Shown here one piece after another: positions 18,184-28,538 of a DNA stretch of 32,000 nucleotides; position 1 is the stretch's first letter; each line of letters starts with the position of its first letter. The position numbers were made by a program, and so were the translations under genes. Source of the stretch: Zymomonas mobilis subsp. mobilis ATCC 10988 (GTDB lineage: Bacteria > Pseudomonadota > Alphaproteobacteria > Sphingomonadales > Sphingomonadaceae); the NCBI RefSeq assembly GCF_000175255.2, contig NC_017262.1, positions 570,001 to 602,000 of the forward strand, given 5' to 3'. The notes under the pieces are model-generated. The model did no database searches. It was not told where the DNA came from and was given only the letters and a program-made list of their open reading frames with translations.

Positions 18184-19770
18184 TTATACTTCGCGCGCGA
18201 TGATATCAGCGATACGGATCGCCAAAGCGACCCCTGTCAAAGTCGGATTCACGACGCCCGCCGCCGGAATGACACCCGTCGTTGCCAAAAACAAATTGTG
18301 ATGGTCAAAGCTACGACATTCGCCATTCACGACTGAATCTGCGGGATTTTTACCCATAATGACAGATCCCATAATATGGTCATGATTCTGCCATTCGCTG
18401 ACTTCATTGACGATGCTGCCATTCATGCCCGCCGCAATCCGACGGTAGTCACGCATAATAATATCCTTAGCCGCTTCGGTATAAGCCGGAACATCATAAT
18501 GGACAGATAAAGTCGGTAAGCCCAAAGCATCTCTTTTGGTCGGATGAGGAATAACGCGGTTGCTCGGCATAGGCAGGGTTTCAAGCATAGAAGAAATATC
18601 GACCCAACGCGCCGCATCGTGGCGGATGCGCTCATCTAATTCTTTTCCGAAAATTCCCTGCGCAATCAACCGCTCAGTAACCGCCATATTGGGAACGGCA
18701 TTTCCGATATTATGCTTGGAAGCCGCATAGCGGCGACGATGGTTACCATCACGCATATTGACGATACAGGCTTCTTCAACCGTGCCACGCCCTGCCCATA
18801 AAGGCTCATCGGCTAAAAACTGTATCGCCAGACCATTATGATCCATAATATTCCGACCAACCTGATCGGAAGAATTGGCAACATCGGACATCAATAATAA
18901 TTTCGGCGTTTCAAAACCATGGGCGGCGACAATAAAATAGCGCGCTGTCAGCTTTTTATCCTCGCCCTTAGTTGTCCGATAATGCACAGCCTCGATTTTA
19001 TTCCCGCTTCCTTTTTCCAGCTTGAAAGCGGTGGCCTCGGTCAACAGCTTAGCCCCCGCCTTTACGGAATGACGGGCATGAACATCACCGCTATACATCG
19101 ACCCAATCGGACAAACCGGCATACAGTTGTTATTGCCGGAACAGGCTGGACGACCATCATAAGGCTGATTGGTCGGTCGCGCGGAAGGTTCCTGCACGAA
19201 ACGATAGCCTAATTTCTCTAAACGGTCATTCATCCGACTGGTCATGTAGTTGATACCATCAGACGGCATCGGGTATTCTTTTGAACGCGGCGGAAAATGC
19301 TTTCTCCCCTGCCCGCTTTGATCTTCATCTGATCGCCCTGATACGCCTAAGGCTTCTTCGGCTCTGCAATAATAAGGCTCCAAATCATCATAGGAAATCG
19401 GCCAATCCCGTCCGACACCATAAAGGCTTTTCAACTTCATATCACTGGGCAGATAACGCCATGCACAGGCTGCCCAATGCCATGTTGTGCCACCAACCAG
19501 TTTCAACATTCCGGGAAGATAGGCAAAGGAGCCCGTATTCTCGATATAATCCTTGGCAAAAGAGGTCGGAGCCGTGGCCGCATTGGGATAAGGATCGTTG
19601 TAGTTATTTTTTCGGGGTGATGTCCGAAAATTTTCAGTAATTTTCCAGCGGGGAATGGATTTTCCGGCTTCCAGAATAATAACAGATTTACCCTGCTTGG
19701 CTAATTCATACGCCGCATTATTACCTAGCGCGCCTGAACCGATTACAATGACATCGGCATCATATTCCAT
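18184..19770 (-). CDS. GMC-family FAD-dependent dehydrogenase large subunit (gluconate 2-dehydrogenase / FAD-sorbitol dehydrogenase type), 528 aa
   Basis: The N-terminal ADP-binding motif DVIVIGSGALGN and GMC oxidoreductase length and C-terminal region are present. It has no signal peptide of its own. It sits between the Tat small subunit and the cytochrome c genes. Confidence 0.9.
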   Translation of the reverse strand: MEYDADVIVIGSGALGNNAAYELAKQGKSVIILEAGKSIPRWKITENFRTSPRKNNYNDPYPNAATAPTSFAKDYIENTGSFAYLPGMLKLVGGTTWHWAACAWRYLPSDMKLKSLYGVGRDWPISYDDLEPYYCRAEEALGVSGRSDEDQSGQGRKHFPPRSKEYPMPSDGINYMTSRMNDRLEKLGYRFVQEPSARPTNQPYDGRPACSGNNNCMPVCPIGSMYSGDVHARHSVKAGAKLLTEATAFKLEKGSGNKIEAVHYRTTKGEDKKLTARYFIVAAHGFETPKLLLMSDVANSSDQVGRNIMDHNGLAIQFLADEPLWAGRGTVEEACIVNMRDGNHRRRYAASKHNIGNAVPNMAVTERLIAQGIFGKELDERIRHDAARWVDISSMLETLPMPSNRVIPHPTKRDALGLPTLSVHYDVPAYTEAAKDIIMRDYRRIAAGMNGSIVNEVSEWQNHDHIMGSVIMGKNPADSVVNGECRSFDHHNLFLATTGVIPAAGVVNPTLTGVALAIRIADIIAREV

Positions 19771-19827
19771 GGGAGGCTCTTTTCTTTCGGATAAGAGGAA
19801 TGGATCGTGTCGAAAGGGATAACAACC

Positions 19828-20388
19828 CTAATCCTGTTTGATAGTGGCAGGCGGATTAACCCAATAGCTAGGTGCGCCACGGGCATAGCTGGGAATAACC
19901 GTGGCATCCATGGTCGGGCGATACATCAAAGCCCCGCTATAGGTAATAAAACGGGCATTATCTTCCATCGCATGACTGGCCGGTTCTCCGGCATAACCAA
20001 GATACCAAGCCGAAACGATCGTCTTGGCGGTCGCCATCAAAGCATCATCTTGCCCTATCGGAGATGTCCGCAACAAAGAAGAATCCGTTAATTTTTCAAC
20101 AGCCAAGGCTTGCTGTAAATTCTGTAATTTTTCAGGAAAATGAGCATCCACCGCGATCAAAGCTGTCAGCGCGCGATTGGACAAAGCGCGATCAAGATCA
20201 TGATGCCCTGTCAGGAAAGTCGAAATCTGAAAAAATTGATCCTGAAGCCGATCATTTTCATTTTTATCTTCAGCCAGCAAAGGTGCCGTTCCCGCAGCAA
20301 CAGCACTTCCGGCAGAAAGCCCTGCGATTTTCAAAAATTCCCGTCGGGGAGACGGCTTTTTGTCAGACGGCTTTGGATGTTCCGGCAT
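19828..20388 (-). CDS. Small (gamma) subunit of the flavoprotein dehydrogenase, with a Tat signal, 186 aa
   Basis: The twin-arginine motif SPRREFLKIAGLSAGSAVAAG is present. Size and position (first gene, small-large-cytochrome order) match gluconate 2-dehydrogenase subunit 3-type proteins. Confidence 0.8.
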   Translation of the reverse strand: MPEHPKPSDKKPSPRREFLKIAGLSAGSAVAAGTAPLLAEDKNENDRLQDQFFQISTFLTGHHDLDRALSNRALTALIAVDAHFPEKLQNLQQALAVEKLTDSSLLRTSPIGQDDALMATAKTIVSAWYLGYAGEPASHAMEDNARFITYSGALMYRPTMDATVIPSYARGAPSYWVNPPATIKQD

Positions 20389-20537
20389 AGATTTCCCGAT
20401 ATAACAAGCAGTGAAAAAAGGTTAAATAATCTGGATATCATTACTTTTTAATAAAGAAACGGTTCCGTTGATATAGTAAAATCCTATCATGTTCATAATG
20501 AACCGAACCCAAATATCGGGATTATATACTATCTATC

Positions 20538-20583
20538 TAAAAAGGATGGATAAAATGACCTTTTTAAAATCATCATATCCATC
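20538..20583 (-). terminator. Possible terminator after ruvX
   Basis: On the minus strand, GATGGATA … TATCCATC forms an 8-bp stem with a long loop of about 23 nt, followed by CTTTTT. The long loop makes this weak. Confidence 0.35.
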
Positions 20584-20592
20584 GAAATAGTC

Positions 20593-21132
20593 TTAAAACA
20601 TCGCAAAGGAATCGATAGCGCCTTGCAAGATATAGGCAGCGGCCATTTTATCGACGACTTCACTTCTTCTGGCACGACTGGCATCGGCTTCCAACAAGGT
20701 GCGCGTGACCGCTTTGGTTGACCAACGCTCATCCCACATCAAAACCGGCAAAGATAAAGGCGCAACATTTTTAGCAAAGGCACGCACCGATTGGGTTCTT
20801 GGACTATCGCTGCCATCCAGATTTAAAGGCAGACCGATAACCAACCCTTTTACCTGTTGTTTTTCAACAAATTGCCGCAGTAATTCCAAATCCAGCGTAA
20901 ATTTCTTCCGTCTGATCGTCTCTGCCGGACTAGCAATAATCCACTGGCTATCGCAAAGGGCAAGACCGATGGTTTTTGTCCCGACATCCAAACCCGCCAA
21001 ACGCCCTTTTCGCGGCAAAGCCTCCTGAAACAGACGAAGCTCTTCCTGTTTTTTCAGGATATTTTCTTCTCTTTTCTCGTCCAATCGGTTCAGACGAAAA
21101 GATTCAAATTCATTGTCATCATCATAGGGCAT
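20593..21132 (-). CDS. ruvX: YqgF/RuvX-family putative Holliday junction resolvase / pre-16S rRNA nuclease, 179 aa
   Basis: The core motif [15 protein letters not shown] and the RNase H-like fold length are present. GAAGGAAA about 7 nt upstream of the ATG at 21132 supports the long N-terminus. Confidence 0.85.
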   Translation of the reverse strand: MPYDDDNEFESFRLNRLDEKREENILKKQEELRLFQEALPRKGRLAGLDVGTKTIGLALCDSQWIIASPAETIRRKKFTLDLELLRQFVEKQQVKGLVIGLPLNLDGSDSPRTQSVRAFAKNVAPLSLPVLMWDERWSTKAVTRTLLEADASRARRSEVVDKMAAAYILQGAIDSFAMF

Positions 21133-21365
21133 TCTGTTTCCTTCGTATTATTCTAATCAGGCTCAAAAACGACTTATAATCTATAGGAAGATAAAACCTA
21201 TCCAATCGGTCATTGCCTGCCGCTATAGAAAATTTTTCAAAAAGGAAGAACGCCCTTACAAGAAAAGCGCCTTTTTAAAATTCTTTTTACCGGAAAAAGG
21301 CCTGTTTTCTTATTTGATCCTGTTCTGCTCTTGAAGCAAATCTTTGCCAGTGCTAGCGCAAAGAT

Positions 21366-21656
21366 ATGTCCGTCATAAATGCCAGTATTGTTCGCAAAAT
21401 AGCGAAACTCGCCAGCATCGCCGTAACAGAGGAAGAGGTTACCGCGATGGTTCCTGAACTCAACGCCATATTGGGGTGGGGAGAGCAGTTATCTGCCATC
21501 AATACGGATGGTGTAGAACCGCTCACCTCGGTTATTGCCCAATCCCAGCGCCTAAGGGAAGACGAAGTCACCGTTCCCGATATCCGTGATGCCCTGATGG
21601 CCAATGCGCCCGAAGCAGAGCATGGCTTTTTCACTGTGCCAAAGGTGATCGAATAA
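21366..21656 (+). CDS. gatC: Asp-tRNA(Asn)/Glu-tRNA(Gln) amidotransferase subunit C
   Basis: The 96-aa protein has an N-terminus (…[17 protein letters not shown]…) and C-terminus (…FFTVPKVIE) typical of GatC. Its stop overlaps the gatA start. Confidence 0.9.
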   Translation: MSVINASIVRKIAKLASIAVTEEEVTAMVPELNAILGWGEQLSAINTDGVEPLTSVIAQSQRLREDEVTVPDIRDALMANAPEAEHGFFTVPKVIE

Positions 21657-23134
21657 TGACCCGTCTTACAGATCTTGGTGTTACAGATTTACGCGATGGT
21701 ATCGCAAAAGGTGACTTTTCAGCGAAAGAAGTCGCTGAAAGCTTTCTGACTGCCACCAATGAAGCTGAAAAGCTGAATGCTTTTATCACGCTCACCCCTG
21801 ACCATGCTTTAAAACAGGCTGAAAAGGCTGACAAAGACCGCGCCTCCGGCCAGTTAAAACCGTTATCCGGTGTGCCGCTCGGTATCAAAGACCTGTTTTG
21901 CACCAACGGCTATCGCACCACTGCGGCCAGCAAAATTATCGACAATTTTGTGCCGCCTTATGAATCCACGATTACTGAAAAGTTATTCTCGGCAGGTGCT
22001 GGCATGGTCGGCAAACTGAATCTTGACCAGTTTGCTATGGGGTCTTCCAATGAGACCAGCGCCTTCGGGAATGTCATTTCTCCTTGGCGGCAAAAGGGCG
22101 ATGACACGGCCTTAACGCCGGGCGGTTCTTCCGGTGGTTCGGCAGCAGCCGTCGCCGCTAAACTCGTTCCGGCCGCCACCGGTACCGATACCGGCGGCTC
22201 CATCCGTCAGCCCGCTTCTTTCACCGGCATCACGGGCTTAAAGCCGACCTATGGCCGTTGCTCCCGTTACGGGGTTATCGCCTTTGCCTCCTCGCTCGAT
22301 CAGGCAGGTCCCATGGCTCATTCTGTCAAGGATTGCGCCGCTTTACTCGAAGTCATGGCGGGTTTCGATCCCAAAGATTCCACTTCTGTCGATGTGATGG
22401 TGCCGAATTGGGAAAAACTGCTTTCCTCTGACATTCGCGGCAAAAAAATCGGTATTCCAAAAGAATATCGCGTGGATGGCATGGCGCCCGAAATCGAAAG
22501 TTTATGGCAGCGTGGCATCGACATGATGAAGGATGCGGGTGCCGAAATTATTGATGTAAGCCTGCCCCATACGCAACATGCTTTGGCGGCTTATTATATC
22601 ATTGCTCCGGCGGAAGCCTCCTCTAACCTCGCCCGTTACGACGGTGTTCGCTATGGTGAACGCAAAACGCCGGAAGGTGGCAATCTCGCGGATATGTATG
22701 CCGCGACCAGAGCGGCTGGTTTCGGTGACGAAGTCAAACGCCGGATTATGATCGGTACCTATGTGCTGTCTGCCGGTTTCTATGATGCCTATTATATCAA
22801 GGCACAGAAAATCCGTGCTTTAATTGCCCGCGATTTTGAAGCCGCTTTTGACAAATGCGATATTCTGCTGACTCCTGCAACGCCAACAGCTGCCTTTGCC
22901 CTTGGTCAAAAGCAAGAAGATCCCATCGCGATGTATCTGAACGATGTCTTCACAGTTCCGGCTTCTTTGGCGGGTCTCCCTGCAATGACGGTGCCGGTTG
23001 GCCTTAATGAACAGGGTCTGCCGCTTGGTTTGCAGTTGATCGGCAAGCCTTTGGATGAACAGAGCGTGTTAAATGCTGGCCTTGCTCTCGAAGAGCGCGC
23101 CGGATTTACCAGCCAGCCAAAGAAATGGTGGTAA
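21656..23134 (+). CDS. gatA: Asp-tRNA(Asn)/Glu-tRNA(Gln) amidotransferase subunit A
   Basis: The amidase signature [13 protein letters not shown]…[12 protein letters not shown] is present, and length and operon context match gatA. Confidence 0.95.
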   Translation: MTRLTDLGVTDLRDGIAKGDFSAKEVAESFLTATNEAEKLNAFITLTPDHALKQAEKADKDRASGQLKPLSGVPLGIKDLFCTNGYRTTAASKIIDNFVPPYESTITEKLFSAGAGMVGKLNLDQFAMGSSNETSAFGNVISPWRQKGDDTALTPGGSSGGSAAAVAAKLVPAATGTDTGGSIRQPASFTGITGLKPTYGRCSRYGVIAFASSLDQAGPMAHSVKDCAALLEVMAGFDPKDSTSVDVMVPNWEKLLSSDIRGKKIGIPKEYRVDGMAPEIESLWQRGIDMMKDAGAEIIDVSLPHTQHALAAYYIIAPAEASSNLARYDGVRYGERKTPEGGNLADMYAATRAAGFGDEVKRRIMIGTYVLSAGFYDAYYIKAQKIRALIARDFEAAFDKCDILLTPATPTAAFALGQKQEDPIAMYLNDVFTVPASLAGLPAMTVPVGLNEQGLPLGLQLIGKPLDEQSVLNAGLALEERAGFTSQPKKWW

Positions 23135-23135
23135 A

Positions 23136-24608
23136 ATGGAAAAATATATCCTTGAAGGTGCAACCGGCAGTTGGGAAATTGTCGTAGGGCTCGAAGTCCA
23201 CGCACAGGTTATTTCAAAATCCAAACTTTTTTCCGGTGCCGCTACCGCGTTCGGTGCAGAACCGAATTCACAGGTTTCTTTGATTGATGCCGCTATGCCG
23301 GGGATGCTTCCGGTGGTAAACCGTGAATGTATCCGTCAGGCTGTCCGCACGGGTCTAGCCATTGGTGCCGTTATCAACCGCGTGTCAAAATTCGACCGTA
23401 AAAACTATTTTTACGCCGATTTGCCACAAGGTTACCAGATTTCACAGCTTTATCACCCGATTGTGGGCGAAGGCAGCCTTCTCATCGATGTCGATGGTGA
23501 AGAACGCGAAATCGGCATTGAACGCATCCATGTTGAACAGGATGCCGGTAAATTGATGCATGACCAGCATCCCGATAAATCCTATGTCGATTTAAATCGG
23601 GCTGGTATTGCCTTGATGGAAATCGTTTCAAAACCGGATATCCGCTCTCCGGCCGAAGCCGGTGCCTATATCCGTAAATTGCGGGCAATCCTGCGTTATG
23701 TCGGTTCCTGTGATGGTAACATGGAAGAAGGCTCGATGCGGGCTGATGTCAATGTTTCCGTTCGGAAAGCCGGTGAGCCCTTTGGCACGCGCTGCGAAAT
23801 CAAAAATGTGAACTCGGTTCGCTTTGTGCAGGCTGCTATTGAATATGAAGCCCGCCGCCAGATTGAAGTCATCGAAGACGGTGGCGAAATCATACAGGAA
23901 ACCCGCCTGTTCGATCATGACAAGGGCGAAACGCGGTCATTGCGCTCAAAAGAAGACGCACATGATTATCGTTATTTTCCAGATCCTGATCTTCTGCCTT
24001 TGGAATTGCCGGAAAGCTTTATTGACGAATGTCGCGAAAGCCTGCCAGAATTACCGGATACCAAACGCCAGCGTTATATTACTCAGCTTAATTTAACGCC
24101 TTATACGGCTTCGGTTATCACGGCCGATCATGAAACCGCCGCATGGTTTGAAGCCATGCTGGAATATTTCAAAGCACCCGATGCCAAAATCGCCACGGCT
24201 GCCGCTAACTGGCTGACGTCTGATTTGTTCGGTGCCTTGAAAAAATTGGGACGTGATATCACGGATAGTCCGGTTTCTCCGAAACAGGGGGCTGAATTGG
24301 TGGGTCTTGTTGCTGATGGCACTTTGTCAGGCAGCCTCGCCAAACAGGTCTTTGAAATCATGCTGGAAAGCGGACAGGATCCAGCGGTTATTGTCGAAGA
24401 ACGCGGGCTGAAACAAACCAGCGATACCGGCGCTATCGAAGAGGTTATCAACAAAATTCTTGCTGATAATCAGGATAAGGTCGAACAATATCGCAGCGGT
24501 AAAGATAAACTTTTCGGCTTCTTCGTCGGTCAGACCATGCGGGCAATGGGCGGTAAAGCCAATCCTGCGGTCGTCAACGAAATCCTGAAAAAGCTGTTAT
24601 CAGCCTAA
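23136..24608 (+). CDS. gatB: Asp-tRNA(Asn)/Glu-tRNA(Gln) amidotransferase subunit B
   Basis: I prefer the ATG at 23136, 1 nt after the gatA TAA, which gives MEKYILEG…[12 protein letters not shown], the conserved GatB N-terminus. The listed ORF start at 23073 overlaps gatA and adds non-conserved residues. Confidence 0.95.
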   Translation: MEKYILEGATGSWEIVVGLEVHAQVISKSKLFSGAATAFGAEPNSQVSLIDAAMPGMLPVVNRECIRQAVRTGLAIGAVINRVSKFDRKNYFYADLPQGYQISQLYHPIVGEGSLLIDVDGEEREIGIERIHVEQDAGKLMHDQHPDKSYVDLNRAGIALMEIVSKPDIRSPAEAGAYIRKLRAILRYVGSCDGNMEEGSMRADVNVSVRKAGEPFGTRCEIKNVNSVRFVQAAIEYEARRQIEVIEDGGEIIQETRLFDHDKGETRSLRSKEDAHDYRYFPDPDLLPLELPESFIDECRESLPELPDTKRQRYITQLNLTPYTASVITADHETAAWFEAMLEYFKAPDAKIATAAANWLTSDLFGALKKLGRDITDSPVSPKQGAELVGLVADGTLSGSLAKQVFEIMLESGQDPAVIVEERGLKQTSDTGAIEEVINKILADNQDKVEQYRSGKDKLFGFFVGQTMRAMGGKANPAVVNEILKKLLSA

Positions 24609-24630
24609 TCGGTATCTCTCTCTTTCTAAC

Positions 24631-24663
24631 AAAAAGGCCACCGAAATTCGGTGGCCTTTTTTT
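24631..24663. terminator. Bidirectional Rho-independent terminator between the convergent gatB and LysR genes
   Basis: GGCCACCGA / TCGGTGGCC forms a 9-bp perfect GC-rich stem with a 3-nt loop (24636-24656). It is flanked by A5 upstream and T7 downstream. Confidence 0.9.
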
Positions 24664-24683
24664 ATAGTTTTTACCGCTTCATT

Positions 24684-25631
24684 TTAACTTAATGGGTCTA
24701 ACATAAAGTCATGCGATCCGGTTTCATTCACCAAAAAATGGGCATGTTCCTGTAAATAGTCGATCAAGACTTTTACTTTTCGGGAAATCCTTGGCTTTGC
24801 CGGATAATAGAGAACCAAGCCCGATGTCGGCGGACTCCAATCAGCCAACATTCGCACCAAACGCCCGTCCTCAATAAAGCGCTCGACATAGCCATTGACA
24901 GTATAGATAACCCCTAACCCATCCAAGGCGGCCTGAACCATAACCGCAAGGTCACCTAAAACCAGACGACCATCAATATTGATCATCAGATTTTCGTTTT
25001 TATTGGTGAAATTCCACCGCTGGATAATTTCACCGGATGTCCGGCGGAATTTAATACATTCATGCCCCAGCAAATCTCTGGGATGTCGGGCAATGCCCCG
25101 CTTGGCAACATATTCAGGGGATGCGACAACATACCACCGCATCGAAGGGCCGATATTGACGCTCGTTACATCTTTTTCAACAAAACCGCCAAAACGAATA
25201 CCGGCATCAAATCCATGACTGGAAAGATCAACCATCGTATTATCAATGGCGATTTCCATTTTCATTTCAGGATAGGCTTCAAGAAAATCCCGCAACAAAG
25301 GTCGCAAAGCTAACAGATAGCCGGAACGGGGCATAATAAGCCGCAATAAACCGGATGGGGGGCCGCTATCATCACCGACATCGGTCGAAGCACTAATCAA
25401 TTCATCAACAGCAGGCTGTACCCGCGCCAAAAAACGTGCCCCTGCATCGGTCAAATTAACACTTCTTGTTGTCCGGTGGAACAACATCACGCCCAGCCGC
25501 TGTTCTAAAGCGCGGATTGATTGGCTGACAGCAGAAGGAGAAACACCTAGTCTTTGTGCCGCAGAAGAAAAATTCGCCAGTCTGGCTACACAGACAAAAG
25601 CGACCAGACCATCAAGCTGATTTTGTCGCAT
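24684..25631 (-). CDS. LysR-family transcriptional regulator
   Basis: The N-terminal wHTH (…FSSAAQRLGVSPSAVSQSIRALEQRLGVMLFHRTTRSV…) is followed by a LysR substrate-binding domain. I prefer the ATG at 25631 over the TTG at 25640. Confidence 0.9.
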   Translation of the reverse strand: MRQNQLDGLVAFVCVARLANFSSAAQRLGVSPSAVSQSIRALEQRLGVMLFHRTTRSVNLTDAGARFLARVQPAVDELISASTDVGDDSGPPSGLLRLIMPRSGYLLALRPLLRDFLEAYPEMKMEIAIDNTMVDLSSHGFDAGIRFGGFVEKDVTSVNIGPSMRWYVVASPEYVAKRGIARHPRDLLGHECIKFRRTSGEIIQRWNFTNKNENLMINIDGRLVLGDLAVMVQAALDGLGVIYTVNGYVERFIEDGRLVRMLADWSPPTSGLVLYYPAKPRISRKVKVLIDYLQEHAHFLVNETGSHDFMLDPLS

Positions 25632-25819
25632 AAAAGTCAAACGCGCCTATTCCTAATTTAAAATATTGCCTTTTATAGCAACAACCAAGCTTCGCTAAAA
25701 AAGCTTATCTATTGAAAGACTGCACAACAATCTGAAAATAAATCCAGATCAGTCATATCAAACTATTTTAGCCATAACGATATAACTTTAACCTCACATA
25801 ACATTTACAGGGCTAAAGT

Positions 25820-27322
25820 CTAGGAAGCTTTCCATCCTCCCCCAAAAGCGCGGATCAATCCAACCCCTGCTTGCAAACGCTGCGTCTGAATAATCAAGGC
25901 CTGACGACGGTTTTGTAATTCCGCGGTCTGGGCAATAACGACTTCCAGATAATTGGCTGCCCCTTCCTTGTAACGGATGGTTGCAAGGTTATTGGCACGC
26001 TTTGCGGCGGTAACGGCGAATTCCTGATCGGCATGGGCATTGGCTAACCAATTTGCTAAGGCCATCTGATCTTCAACCTCCTGAAAGGCTTTTAAGACCG
26101 TATCCCGATAACTGGCTGCGGTGGCATCGAAATCAGCTCTTGCCTCTTTCACTCTGGCACGTCGCCGCCCGCCTTGGAATAAAGGCAAAACACCCATAGC
26201 AGGGCCCAAAGCCCAAAATCCTGATGGCGCGGATAAAAGGCTAGAGGCGGCTGAATCTGACCCACCATTTGCCGAAAGCGAAATTGTCGGGAAAAAAGCC
26301 GCAATCGCGGAACCGATCGCGGCATTGGCCGCCGCCATTTGCCGTTCAGCCGAGGCAATATCAGGCCGTCTTTCCAAAAGCTGTGAAGGTGCCGAAACTG
26401 GAATAACCGGCGGGGTATTGATCATATCCACCGGTTCGATAGAGAAATTACTGGGCTGCTCACCGATCAGAACAGCAATCGCATGTTCTAACAAAGCGCG
26501 ATGTGCCATCACCTGCGACAATTCAGACCGCGTAGCAGAAAGCTGCATTCTGGCGCGCTCGACATCGACACCGGAAACCGCCCCACCATCGTGGCGTGCC
26601 ACGGTTAATTGTAAGGCTCGCATATAGGCAGCGACAGTTTCACGATATAAAGCGGCCTGCGCATCCAAACCGCGAAGCTGCATATAGTTATCGGCTAACT
26701 CGGCCTGTAAACTTAACCGAATAGATCCCATATCCGCAGCACTGGCTTCGGCCATTGCCTTACCAGCTTTGACCATATTGCGGATACGCCCCCAAATATC
26801 GGCTTCATAACTGATACCGCCCCCAGCAATAGAAGGGCTATAAATATAAGGGCTATAGGTGCTTCCCGGATTTCGAAAGACACGCTGGCGGCTGATGCTG
26901 CTATTGACACTGATAGAAGGGAACAGCCCGGAACGGACTTCTTTTACATAGGCCTGCGACCGCTGATACCGCGCCAAGGCCTCGGCCAATTGCGGACTAT
27001 TCTTTTCAATCCGGTCTTCCAGATCATTCAGATGCGTATCATCAAAAATCTTCCACCAAGCCCCGCGCGGTGCTTCATCGGCAGGCTGTGCCGAAGTCCA
27101 AGCTCCCCCTTCTTTATAGGCAACCGGCATGTCCTTGATGTCTTTGGCCGTCGGCTTGTGATAATCTGGTGCAAAAGAGCATCCTGAAACCAAACCGCCC
27201 CAAATTACAGTCGTCATCAAGGCGATGATTGAAATTTTTTTCCGAATGTCGCCTTTTACCGTCCTATTTTGAAAAGACGGTAAAAGCAGGAAATTATTCT
27301 TATTTTCCATGGGCAGCCCCAT
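25820..27322 (-). CDS. RND efflux outer-membrane factor lipoprotein, NodT family
   Basis: The lipobox is LVSGC, preceded by the basic n-region RKK. Two OEP repeat halves are present, with a C-terminal FGGGW. Start candidates are the ATGs at 27322 and 27310, and both overlap the end of the adaptor gene. Confidence 0.9.
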   Translation of the reverse strand: MGLPMENKNNFLLLPSFQNRTVKGDIRKKISIIALMTTVIWGGLVSGCSFAPDYHKPTAKDIKDMPVAYKEGGAWTSAQPADEAPRGAWWKIFDDTHLNDLEDRIEKNSPQLAEALARYQRSQAYVKEVRSGLFPSISVNSSISRQRVFRNPGSTYSPYIYSPSIAGGGISYEADIWGRIRNMVKAGKAMAEASAADMGSIRLSLQAELADNYMQLRGLDAQAALYRETVAAYMRALQLTVARHDGGAVSGVDVERARMQLSATRSELSQVMAHRALLEHAIAVLIGEQPSNFSIEPVDMINTPPVIPVSAPSQLLERRPDIASAERQMAAANAAIGSAIAAFFPTISLSANGGSDSAASSLLSAPSGFWALGPAMGVLPLFQGGRRRARVKEARADFDATAASYRDTVLKAFQEVEDQMALANWLANAHADQEFAVTAAKRANNLATIRYKEGAANYLEVVIAQTAELQNRRQALIIQTQRLQAGVGLIRAFGGGWKAS

Positions 27323-28538
27323 CAGCTTTGGCTTGCTTCACATCGGGACTAACCAAATCATTTTCGGCGATATCATCGGCTGGCGCATCAATCACGCGAT
27401 CACTACGGGAAATACCGCCCGCAATTTCAATCTGCTTACCCAGATCACGCGTAATCTTGATAATATGCAAATGAGCATGATTGTCTTTGTCGATGGTCGC
27501 AACCGTCATACCCTGCTGCCGGAAGAGAACCGCGCTCGCCGGAATTCGGACAATATTAGACGGTGTCGGCAGCGTAAATTCTACTTGGGCATAGGAACCG
27601 GGTTTCAAAGCATGGTCGGCATTTTCAGCCGCCATCTGAACCAACATCGTGCCACTGGCGGGCGTCACAGCATGGTTGGTTTCAACGAAAGTCGAATGAA
27701 AAACACGATCGGGATATTCAGGAAGATGTAAAGCCGCCGTAATACCGGGTTTAATCTCGGCTGCATAGGCCTGCGGCACATTCACATAAACGCGCATTTT
27801 ATGAATATCGGAAACTGTAAATAACGGCTGCTGGGTATTATTGGTATTGGACGCACCGCCAATAATCAAAGCCCCGATATCCGTAGAACGGCCAGTCACA
27901 ATCCCATCAAAAGGTGCCAATAACTGTTTAAAGCCAATTAAAGCCCGCAATCTATCGACTTCTGCCGCTGCCTCATGCTCCATCGCTAAACGGGCGGCAT
28001 AGTTGGCCTTCTTTTCATCCGCTTCCTGCTGCGAAACAGCATCTTCAGCGATCAGCTTTTGCCAACGGTCAGAAGTCGTCTGTGCCAAAGCCCTCTGTGC
28101 TGCCGCTGTTGCAAGGCTAGCCTTGGCGGCGGCATATTGCTGATCAAGGTCAGGGGCATCAATCAAACCCAAAATCTGACCAGCTTTCACGGGGGTACCG
28201 ATATCCGTATACCATGCTTTCAGATAGCCGCTGGTTCGAGCATAGACAGGCGCTTGATACCACGCATTGACCCGCCCTGGTAAAGTCAGGGTAGTCGTTC
28301 CAGGTGCTTCAGTCGGAGAAATAATCGAAACACTGGGGACAGATTCACTTTCTGTCCATTTCTTTACCGCATGTTCATTCTGATAACGGCTGTAAATACC
28401 GTAACCCGCAACACCGGCCAGCAGACATACCGCAAGAATCCCGATTTTTTTTAACCGACGACTTTCCTGTTTTTCGTGGTTTTGATGTTGGGTCTTTGCG
28501 TCCTGCATATCAGGCATAGACTTCTCCATTGGTATCAT
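27300..28538 (-). CDS. RND efflux periplasmic adaptor (membrane fusion protein, HlyD/MFP family)
   Basis: An N-terminal TM anchor (IGILAVCLLAGVAGYGIY) is followed by lipoyl/barrel-sandwich segments (…VKAGQILGLID…LAPFDGIVTGR…) and an alpha-hairpin segment. Four in-frame ATGs (28538, 28529, 28517, 28508) are possible starts. Confidence 0.9.
   Translation of the reverse strand: MIPMEKSMPDMQDAKTQHQNHEKQESRRLKKIGILAVCLLAGVAGYGIYSRYQNEHAVKKWTESESVPSVSIISPTEAPGTTTLTLPGRVNAWYQAPVYARTSGYLKAWYTDIGTPVKAGQILGLIDAPDLDQQYAAAKASLATAAAQRALAQTTSDRWQKLIAEDAVSQQEADEKKANYAARLAMEHEAAAEVDRLRALIGFKQLLAPFDGIVTGRSTDIGALIIGGASNTNNTQQPLFTVSDIHKMRVYVNVPQAYAAEIKPGITAALHLPEYPDRVFHSTFVETNHAVTPASGTMLVQMAAENADHALKPGSYAQVEFTLPTPSNIVRIPASAVLFRQQGMTVATIDKDNHAHLHIIKITRDLGKQIEIAGGISRSDRVIDAPADDIAENDLVSPDVKQAKADGAAHGK

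Noticed and set aside
21336-21365. Hairpin ATCTTTGC-N10-GCAAAGAT ending at the gatC start codon, with an upstream GCAAA copy, as a possible translational switch
   Set aside because: The stem is only 8 bp and AT-rich, and the alternative pairing would leave a 2-nt loop, which is not feasible. Nothing else supports a regulatory role. It is noted only because gatC lacks an obvious Shine-Dalgarno.
23073-23135. Longer gatB start at 23073 overlapping gatA by 62 nt
   Set aside because: The conserved GatB N-terminus begins at the ATG at 23136, immediately after the gatA stop. The extension has no GatB-like sequence.
25641-25819. AAGCTT-N8-AAGCTT and TTGC-N8-GCAA motifs between the OMF stop and the LysR start, as possible LysR T-N11-A boxes
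   Set aside because: The arms are only 4-6 bp, which is expected by chance in AT-rich spacers. No further support is visible in the sequence.
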